A stretch of DNA of 58,763 nt from Aquificaceae bacterium (GTDB lineage: Bacteria; Aquificota; Aquificia; Aquificales; Aquificaceae). Below, piece after piece: positions 51,952 to 58,763 of the stretch. How positions within the stretch are numbered: the stretch's first letter is position 1; every line of letters begins with the position of its first letter. The notes below the pieces were generated by a model that was given only the letters and a program-made list of their open reading frames with translations, made no database searches and was not told the DNA's origin. The position numbers were made by a program, and so were the translations under genes. Location of the stretch: contig JBCNVD010000002.1 of NCBI GenBank assembly GCA_039630345.1, positions 1 through 58,763 of the forward strand, given 5' to 3'.

Positions 51952-52624
51952 AGCTAAACCTTGGACCCAAATATAGCTGAATGAGTTTATAATCTGGCTC
52001 TAAAAATATATTTTGTCCTATGACTTTTCTCTTTCCATCTCCAAGACCTATTTGGGCATCTATTTGTCCATATAGCAGAACCGAATTTGTTAGGTTATAC
52101 CCTCCTGATAAGTAAGCCCTTAGCTGGGTTGAGGGATATCCAAAATAGTATCTGAGTCCAGCTCCTGAATCCAAAAAGCCCCACTTCCCTGAAAAACCAT
52201 ACAAAAGCCCGCCTTCTAGTCCAAATCTTGCATATCCAAGTCTTGGCTCATCTTTAAGAGAATAGCCTGTTGGGAAGATAGCATTTGCATAGGCAGATAC
52301 GTTTGACTTTCCTTTTCTGAGAGATCTTATAACCCCTGCCTCCAAGTCCCCAAGCCCTGAGTTGCTCCTGCTGCATTTGAGATTAGCGTATGGGATTTTA
52401 AAAGTTAAAGTGTAATTATCTGTTAAACCATACTCTCCATATAGCTGAATTTCTCGCTTTGTGAATTTACATCCTATTTCTCTTCTGTTCCCATCTTTAT
52501 CAAAGAATTTGTCCGCTTCGTAGTAAAAAAAGGCTGGGGATAAAAACAAGCTACCTTCTTCTCTTACCCAAGCAGAGCCAAGGCTGATACTAGCAAAAGC
52601 AAAAACCATCAACAGATATCTCAT
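51851..52624 (-). CDS. outer-membrane beta-barrel protein
   Basis: Signal peptide (…GSA), amphipathic Gly/aromatic strands, GLGDLE motif, C-terminal IWQSF. Confidence 0.75.
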   Translation of the reverse strand: MRYLLMVFAFASISLGSAWVREEGSLFLSPAFFYYEADKFFDKDGNRREIGCKFTKREIQLYGEYGLTDNYTLTFKIPYANLKCSRSNSGLGDLEAGVIRSLRKGKSNVSAYANAIFPTGYSLKDEPRLGYARFGLEGGLLYGFSGKWGFLDSGAGLRYYFGYPSTQLRAYLSGGYNLTNSVLLYGQIDAQIGLGDGKRKVIGQNIFLEPDYKLIQLYLGPRFSYGKGSVGFGYQKVIFGRNTGDGSGFFLNIWQSF

Positions 52625-54453
52625 CCCGGCCTCCTCGTTAGTTTTTTGTAAACATAGATCAAAAAGGCAAGGGATATAGCCGCAAGTATAGTGATGGGAA
52701 CTATCTTGAACCTATTCCAGTAATAGGATAAACTCCTTTCGTGTTCTCTTGTTAGCTTGAGTTTTTGCGAGATTTCAAAGGAGCTGATATAGTTCTCAGA
52801 TAGCACTGCAAGGTCTCCGTAGAAGTTGAGAAAATCCTCTGCGTTGTAGTTCAAAGTCGATGAGTCAACCTCTCCTAAATAAGATATTTGCAAGGTTGGT
52901 AATCTACCTCGTAGTATGAGGTATACGAAAGGTTCTTCGTATTTCGCTGAGTAAACTTCTTGATTTGTCATCGGGTTTATAACGGTAAAGACTGCATTTT
53001 TGGGGTCTTTCTCTCCTCTATCTAACCTTATGACAAAGTCATATCCCTCGAGTTTTCTCTCGTCCTGAACCAGGTCTATCTTGGTTATGTTCTTATTAAA
53101 CTTTGCCGTTTCTGCAATTAACTTAACCAGGAAGTCAAGCAAATATTCGTCTTTTACAATGATTGCTACTTTTCCATTCAGGCTCTTTAGAAAGTCTGAA
53201 ATGCTAAGAGGTCTTTTTTCAACATCGTTCCAGTAAAAGTAAGAGTCTTCAAATACTGTAAATGCGGATTGTGCGATAGCACCAAAGCAGTTATCCGAAG
53301 ATGTAAAGTTAACAAGATTAAAAGAGAGATTATTAGAGCCATATTGCAAATATCTAACAGGTAGTTTTACATCAAAGCTTTTGCCTCCAAACCCCTCGAG
53401 CATGATTGCTTTAATCATAAAGTCATTTAGATATATCCTTAGTTCCGCCTTGTCTTTTTGGTGAATGGGTGTGTGTTCTATCCTGAGATGTATGTGCAAA
53501 GTATCTGGCATACCGCCAAATCTTGATAGATCAAAAGGTATAGAGAAGTTCAGGTTTGACATACCCCTGATTGTTGTGTTCCTTATTCCCATTTCTCTTA
53601 GCGTCATTATCTTTTGAGGTAACTGTCTTTTCTGTTCCTGAACTTTCCCTATGTCAATACTTTCACTGAACAAAAGTCCCGAGAGATTTTCCGAAAATGT
53701 TTTTAGACTCTCTTTGTTGAAATATAAAACTCCATTCTCAACGCGCACCGGACCTTCGTCCAGTTTTATGTTCCTACAGCCTTCTTTTAGTCCCCAACTT
53801 ACTCTCTGGGGCAGTTTGTTAACTAAGGATATATAATAAACAGCCGGCAAGAGCTCTTTTTCTTCCAGGCACAGGTTTATGTTATAGTCTCTTATAAAGT
53901 TTTCCACTCTATTTGGGATTTTATAAACAAATCTCATGAGACTGTTTTGGCTAACTTTTATATAAGCATTGTCAGAAAAGGCGTCTTCGCAAATGTTGTT
54001 GCTTAGTCTCAGATTTGCCTGAATGGTTATTTTTGCAAATTGCCTTTTATCATTTGGCAATATAGGGACTTCAATCCAGCCGCCAAAGGCTTTTGCAGAA
54101 AAGCTTTTATAAGGAACATCATTTAGAAGCACGATTATTGTGGAGTTTGGCAGCAAATAATCAGGCGCTGATATGTAAATAAGAGCTCTTGCTTCTACAA
54201 GATGAGAATATATGGGAACGAAAAAGTCGTATCTTGGCGATAGACCTCTTAAAACCAGCTCGTCTGAGAGGAAGTTAAGCTCTTTGAAAGTATATTCAAC
54301 CAGAGCCTCTCCGGGTCTTGTCGCAGGCGGGTCAGGGAGGGTCTTTATTGCTTCTTCCTGTATTGGCAGGGCTTGAGGTGCTTGTCTAGGCAAAGAGAAC
54401 GTCTCACTAATTAGGATAAAAATAGTAATAATTAAAATGCCTAAGCTTTTCAT
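52621..54453 (-). CDS. BcsB-like periplasmic co-polymerase
   Basis: Signal peptide, two repeated modules starting TFKELNF...LRG / TLREMG...IRG, LND motifs, one Cys per module, single C-terminal TM with basic tail. Confidence 0.75.
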   Translation of the reverse strand: MKSLGILIITIFILISETFSLPRQAPQALPIQEEAIKTLPDPPATRPGEALVEYTFKELNFLSDELVLRGLSPRYDFFVPIYSHLVEARALIYISAPDYLLPNSTIIVLLNDVPYKSFSAKAFGGWIEVPILPNDKRQFAKITIQANLRLSNNICEDAFSDNAYIKVSQNSLMRFVYKIPNRVENFIRDYNINLCLEEKELLPAVYYISLVNKLPQRVSWGLKEGCRNIKLDEGPVRVENGVLYFNKESLKTFSENLSGLLFSESIDIGKVQEQKRQLPQKIMTLREMGIRNTTIRGMSNLNFSIPFDLSRFGGMPDTLHIHLRIEHTPIHQKDKAELRIYLNDFMIKAIMLEGFGGKSFDVKLPVRYLQYGSNNLSFNLVNFTSSDNCFGAIAQSAFTVFEDSYFYWNDVEKRPLSISDFLKSLNGKVAIIVKDEYLLDFLVKLIAETAKFNKNITKIDLVQDERKLEGYDFVIRLDRGEKDPKNAVFTVINPMTNQEVYSAKYEEPFVYLILRGRLPTLQISYLGEVDSSTLNYNAEDFLNFYGDLAVLSENYISSFEISQKLKLTREHERSLSYYWNRFKIVPITILAAISLAFLIYVYKKLTRRPG

Positions 54454-54467
54454 GAGGGTCTACCTCT

Positions 54468-54896
54468 TCAGGTTTCTATCATTTCGATTCTTCTTTGATG
54501 TCTTCCACCCTCAAAAGGGGTGTTTAGCCATGTTTTTACTATCGAAAGAGCAAGCTCGCTCCCTAGGATTCTTGCGCCAAGACACAAAACATTTGCATCG
54601 TTATGAAGCCTGCTTAATCTTGCTGAGACTTCCTCACTGCAAAGAGCTGCCCTTATACCTCTTATTTTGTTTGCACTTATACTCATACCTATTCCAGTTC
54701 CGCAGATTAAAATTCCAAAGTTTGATTCTTGGCTAACTACGCTTTGACATACCTTTCTGGCAAAGACGGGATAATCAACAGGCTGTTGTGAAACTGTTCC
54801 AAAATCGATAACTTTGTAGTTTTCTGAGGAGAGTGCTTTCTTTATCAGCTCTTTTAGTTCAAATCCTGCGTGGTCTGCACCTATGGATATTATCAA
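54468..54896 (-). CDS. rpiB: ribose-5-phosphate isomerase B
   Basis: [37 protein letters not shown]. Confidence 0.96.
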   Translation of the reverse strand: MIISIGADHAGFELKELIKKALSSENYKVIDFGTVSQQPVDYPVFARKVCQSVVSQESNFGILICGTGIGMSISANKIRGIRAALCSEEVSARLSRLHNDANVLCLGARILGSELALSIVKTWLNTPFEGGRHQRRIEMIET

Positions 54897-56302
54897 TTTA
54901 AAATCTCCTTAAGAAGTTTATTTACCGTTTGTGGGTTTGCTTTGCCCTTTGTTTTTTTCATAATTTGACCTACAAGAAAGCCAAAGAGTTTCTCCTCGCC
55001 GTTTTTGTACCTAAGAACTTCATGAGGATGCTCTTTTATAACTTCTTCTATCATAGTTTTTAGTTCTTCTTCGTTATTTAGCTGTGAAAGTCCAAGTTTT
55101 TGAACCACTTGCATGGGCTCTTCTCTATCTTGAATAGAGAGCTTTAGCGCCTGCTTTGCAAGTCTTACTGAGAGCTTACCTTCTTGCAAGGATTTTAATA
55201 GCTCTGCAAGAGCTCCTGGGCTAACTGGCGAGTCTGATAAGCTAATCGAGGCTTCATTCAGGGCACCAAGGAGATCATTGATTACCCAGTTTGCAACGGT
55301 CTTTGGCTCATTAAATATCTCAAGACACTTAAAGAAGTAATCCCCAAGGTCTTTATTTTGAGTAAGGATTTGAGCAAGCTTTTCCTCAAGTCCTAGCTCA
55401 ACCGTTAGCTTTTTTAGTCTTTGAGATGGAAGTTCAGGCATGCTTCTTTCGAGCTCTTTTATAAACTCGGGCTTTAAAACAACTGGCAAAAGGTCGGGCT
55501 CTGGGAAGTATCTATAGTCGTGGGATTCCTCCTTTTCTCTCATACTAAAGGTCATCCCACTCTCTGGGTCAAAGAGTCTGGTCTCCTGGATTAGTTCCTG
55601 ACCTGATTTTATAACTTGCAACTGTCTTTGGATTTCAAACTCTATGGCTTTTTGGACAAATCTGAAAGAGTTAACATTCTTTACCTCAACTCTCGTGCCG
55701 AGTTTTTTAGTCCCTTTTGGTCTTATGGATATGTTTATGTCACATCTTAATTGACCTTTTTCCATATCTGCCTTTGAAGCACCGGCATATCTAAGTAGGT
55801 CTCTTAAATTCTCTAAGAACTCTCTTGCCATTTCAGGGGATGAAATGTCTGGCTCTGTAACTATTTCAACAAGAGGCGCGCCAGCGCGATTTAGATCAAC
55901 TAAAGTCTCCTCGCCAAAGTGGATATTTTTACCTGCATCTTCTTCCAGGTGAAGTCTCCTTATTCTCACAGTGCCTTCCTGAAGCTTGAGATACCCTTCT
56001 TCTGCCAGGGGTCTTTCGTATTGGGATATTTGATACCCCTTTGGTAAATCAGGATAGAAGTAATTTTTCCTTGCAAAGATTGAGACTGTGTTTATCCTGC
56101 AATTAAGAGACAGAGCTGCGATTATTGCGAGTCTGAGTGCATTTTTATTCAAAACGGGCAGGCTTCCTGGCAAGCCGAGGCATACGGGACATACATTTGT
56201 ATTTGGCTCTGCACCGAACTCAAGAGGGCAAGAGCAAAAAAGCTTGGTTTGAGTATCCAGCTGTGCGTGAACCTCCAGCCCGATTACCGGCTCGAATTCC
56301 AT
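54893..56302 (-). CDS. gatB: Asp/Glu-tRNA amidotransferase subunit B
   Basis: [48 protein letters not shown]. Confidence 0.98.
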   Translation of the reverse strand: MEFEPVIGLEVHAQLDTQTKLFCSCPLEFGAEPNTNVCPVCLGLPGSLPVLNKNALRLAIIAALSLNCRINTVSIFARKNYFYPDLPKGYQISQYERPLAEEGYLKLQEGTVRIRRLHLEEDAGKNIHFGEETLVDLNRAGAPLVEIVTEPDISSPEMAREFLENLRDLLRYAGASKADMEKGQLRCDINISIRPKGTKKLGTRVEVKNVNSFRFVQKAIEFEIQRQLQVIKSGQELIQETRLFDPESGMTFSMREKEESHDYRYFPEPDLLPVVLKPEFIKELERSMPELPSQRLKKLTVELGLEEKLAQILTQNKDLGDYFFKCLEIFNEPKTVANWVINDLLGALNEASISLSDSPVSPGALAELLKSLQEGKLSVRLAKQALKLSIQDREEPMQVVQKLGLSQLNNEEELKTMIEEVIKEHPHEVLRYKNGEEKLFGFLVGQIMKKTKGKANPQTVNKLLKEILN

Positions 56303-56310
56303 ACAAAAAC

Positions 56311-56318
56311 ATTATACT
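56311..56318. promoter_or_regulatory. overlapping divergent -10 boxes between gatB and coaE
   Basis: ATTATACT: TATAAT on minus (8 nt before the gatB ATG), TATACT on plus (11 nt before the coaE TTG). Confidence 0.5.
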
Positions 56319-56329
56319 GAACTAAAGCT

Positions 56330-56932
56330 TTGCTTAAGCTGGGGCTTACCGGGAACATAGCAAGCGGCAAAAGCACGGTAGGTAAAATCTTTGAAAGTCT
56401 TGGTGCATACTACTTTGATGCGGATAAAATAATAAAATCATTCTACAAAAAAGACCACAGCGTTTATTATGAAATTTTAAAACATTTTGGTGAAGAAATT
56501 TTAGACCCTAGCGGGGAGATAAACAGAGGCATTCTTGCAAATTTGGTCTTTTCAGACCAAAAAAAGCTAAAAAAGCTTGAGGAAATAACGCACAGCGCTC
56601 TATATGAGCATCTGAATAGAAATTTTTTAACCCTGCCCGAGAGCTCCATAGTGGTGGTTGAGGCTGCACTGATTATAGAAAAACAAACATACAAAAACTA
56701 CGATGCTATTATCTTGGTTTATTCAACCTTTGAAGATTGTCTTCTGAGGGCTACTTTGCGCGGAATGAGCGCCGAGGACTTTCTAAGACGCTGGAGATAT
56801 CAGCTAAGCCCTGAAATAAAAACGCGCTTCGCGCATTTTATAATAAAAAACAGCTCTTCTTTGAAAGAGCTCTCTTTAAGAGCCAAGGAGGTTTTTGACA
56901 TTTTCAGGCTCTGGAGTGTGCTAAAATCATAA
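56330..56932 (+). CDS. coaE: dephospho-CoA kinase
   Basis: GLTGNIASGKSTV, DAD, INRGIL...VF, LEEITH, EAALIIE. Confidence 0.94.
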   Translation: MLKLGLTGNIASGKSTVGKIFESLGAYYFDADKIIKSFYKKDHSVYYEILKHFGEEILDPSGEINRGILANLVFSDQKKLKKLEEITHSALYEHLNRNFLTLPESSIVVVEAALIIEKQTYKNYDAIILVYSTFEDCLLRATLRGMSAEDFLRRWRYQLSPEIKTRFAHFIIKNSSSLKELSLRAKEVFDIFRLWSVLKS

Positions 56933-56947
56933 CCAAGGAGGGAAGTT

Positions 56948-58042
56948 ATGAAAAAGCTCGTCCTTAGCACTCTTATTCTAACAGCCATTACTCTTGCACA
57001 GAATCCGAACATGCTAAGACTCAAAGACGGCGTGAATGAGGTCCAAAGGGTTATAGAGTATGCAACCCTAGTGGGTGCTTTCCGCGAAGACCTCTATCAC
57101 TTTGAAAAGGCAAAGGCTTATAGAGATGTGGCAAATTTGCTAGTTTCTGAGGTAGATGAGGTTGGCTCTCGCATCTTTATGGTTAGGAGTTTTAACGCCT
57201 CTTCCAAGGCAATTTCGGGCTTTAAGACCCTTGACCCGATTGAGCTATTGCCGGTTGATACCCCCCGCGGTCCAAAGGGTATTCGCGAACAACCTTATGA
57301 AGGCGCGCATTATGACTATCTTTTAGACACTTTACCTGAAGTGGATGAGGCTGAGCTTCGCAAATACGGGCTTTTTATCTCAGAGCTTAATGCAAACATT
57401 CGCTTTCTTCGCGAAAATAGGGGGCTTTCTTGCGTACCTGCAGAGCTCGCAAGGGCAGAGGCTTACTATGAAGGCTTTGCCTACCAGGCTACGAAATCAA
57501 GACCAGCTATAAGGTATATGGTTGATCTATTCAACAAGGCAAATGCTGAAGCTCTGGCAGGCAAGGAAAAACTTCAGGTTGCAATGAGAGAAAACCTAGA
57601 GTGTTACACTGGCAGGGTGTTTCAGGTAGAGCCTCCCCCGCCAAAAGCTAAGACAGAGCCAATTGCTCCACAGAGCGTTCCTGAAAATGTCTTATTGACA
57701 GTTCCTGCGCGTGTTCATTTTGACTTTGATAAGCACAATATCAAAAGAGAGTTTATCCCTCTACTTAATGAAGTAGTTAAAGCTCTTAAAGAAAATCCCT
57801 CGCTCAGAGTTAGGGTAGAGGGCTTTACAGATGACATTGGTCCAAAGCCATACAATGACAGACTTGCCCTAAGGCGCGCACAGGAGGTTAAAAATTATCT
57901 TGTGCAGGCTGGTATATCCCCAGACCGTATAGAAATTGCTGGATTTGGCAAAGAGGGCTATATTGCAGAAAATACAACTCCCATAGGCAGATTCACAAAT
58001 AGAAGAGCCCAGTTTATCCTGCTTCAGGTTCCGCTTAGATGA
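56948..58042 (+). CDS. exported protein with C-terminal OmpA-like peptidoglycan-binding domain
   Basis: Signal peptide; VHFDFDK, VEGFTD..G...YN..LA.RRA..V, NRRA; AAGGAGG SD. Confidence 0.88.
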   Translation: MKKLVLSTLILTAITLAQNPNMLRLKDGVNEVQRVIEYATLVGAFREDLYHFEKAKAYRDVANLLVSEVDEVGSRIFMVRSFNASSKAISGFKTLDPIELLPVDTPRGPKGIREQPYEGAHYDYLLDTLPEVDEAELRKYGLFISELNANIRFLRENRGLSCVPAELARAEAYYEGFAYQATKSRPAIRYMVDLFNKANAEALAGKEKLQVAMRENLECYTGRVFQVEPPPPKAKTEPIAPQSVPENVLLTVPARVHFDFDKHNIKREFIPLLNEVVKALKENPSLRVRVEGFTDDIGPKPYNDRLALRRAQEVKNYLVQAGISPDRIEIAGFGKEGYIAENTTPIGRFTNRRAQFILLQVPLR

Positions 58043-58763
58043 TACCTTTTCTGCGCTATCGCTTTCTTGCCTATTTGTTTTCTCTTGTTTTTGTCATAGG
58101 GTCTTTGCTCTCTCTTTATCTTAGAGGTTTAAACTTAGGGCTTGATTTTACAGGCGGCACGGTTCTTGAGCTAAAGTTTGAAAACCGCCCAGGGCTCTCA
58201 AGTATAAGAAGAGCTCTTGAAGAGGGTAAAATCTCAGGCTTTCAACTTCAGGAATCTGGCTCCAGCGTTCTTGTCAAGCTATCTCTTGGTCAGGACCCTG
58301 AGATGGTTAGATCCGTTCTTTCAAAGCTTGGTAGGTTCGAGGTTTTGCGCTTTGAATCAATTGGTCCGGTGGTTACCTCTGAGCTTCGCAAAAAAGCAGC
58401 GTTTGCAATCTTTTTTGCATTGCTTGGTATATTGCTATACCTTGCATATCGTTATCAGCCTCTGTGGGCACTTAGTGCTATAGTGGCATTGCTTCACGAT
58501 GTTATAATAGTTTTAGGAGCTTATTCTATCTCTTTTAGGGAGATAAATTTAGATGTTATAGCGGCTCTATTGATAGTAGCTGGTTATTCAGTAACAGATA
58601 CTGTTGTTATATTTGACAGAATTCGCGAAAACCTCCGCATGAGAAAGGCAACATCGTTGCAAGCTTTGGTAGATTTATCCGTTAATCAGACGCTTTCAAG
58701 AACTATTATGACCTCGGTTACCACATTTGTGGTCTCTTTAAGTCTTTTCATATTCGGCGGTCC
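58039..58763 (+). CDS. secF: protein translocase subunit SecF (3' truncated)
   Basis: Translated from ATG 58039: MIPFLRYR...GLNLGLDFTGGT...IGPVV..EL...LLHDV...GYSVTDTVVIFDRIREN; runs off the window. Confidence 0.95.
   Translation, partial: MIPFLRYRFLAYLFSLVFVIGSLLSLYLRGLNLGLDFTGGTVLELKFENRPGLSSIRRALEEGKISGFQLQESGSSVLVKLSLGQDPEMVRSVLSKLGRFEVLRFESIGPVVTSELRKKAAFAIFFALLGILLYLAYRYQPLWALSAIVALLHDVIIVLGAYSISFREINLDVIAALLIVAGYSVTDTVVIFDRIRENLRMRKATSLQALVDLSVNQTLSRTIMTSVTTFVVSLSLFIFGG

Noticed and set aside
47347..54453. EPS operon as a mobile genomic island
   Set aside because: Looks somewhat AT-richer by eye, but no integrase, tRNA, flanking direct repeats or IS ends were found, and membrane-protein composition could explain the skew
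54454..54467. Hairpin GAGG-TAGAC-CCTC occluding the SD of the BcsB-like gene
   Set aside because: Only a 4-bp stem, unlikely to be stable in a probable thermophile; insufficient evidence for regulation

Overview
Gene-dense (~43% GC by eye) bacterial chromosome segment. Protein similarities and gene scattering point to Aquificaceae: Trbp111-like protein, atpF'-atpF-atpH-ndk split from an orphan atpD, glyQ without glyS, and a citryl-CoA-synthetase-like subunit. Most of the ~66 CDSs are housekeeping. No rRNA, tRNA, CRISPR array or transposase was seen. Two accessory envelope systems stand out. (1) 47.3-54.5 kb: a five-gene synthase-dependent exopolysaccharide-like operon (BcsB-like co-polymerase, small outer-membrane beta-barrel, GT2 synthase with an N-terminal MshEN c-di-GMP motif, GT-C-like membrane protein, Tat-lipoprotein putative glycoside hydrolase). 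(2) 13.3-19.2 kb: a T2SS gspE-L-M-K operon ending in a myxosortase/MrtJ-like CPBP protease, divergent from an S8 protease with a GGC-TM-basic C-terminal sorting signal. Other observations are a dispersed G6-G6-C6 hairpin repeat, many apparently leaderless or bidirectional promoters, a 54-aa Cys-rich ORF missing from the ORF track, birA lacking a canonical start codon, and a Cys-to-His change in the Nth Fe-S motif. All calls are from motif recognition only; no searches were run.
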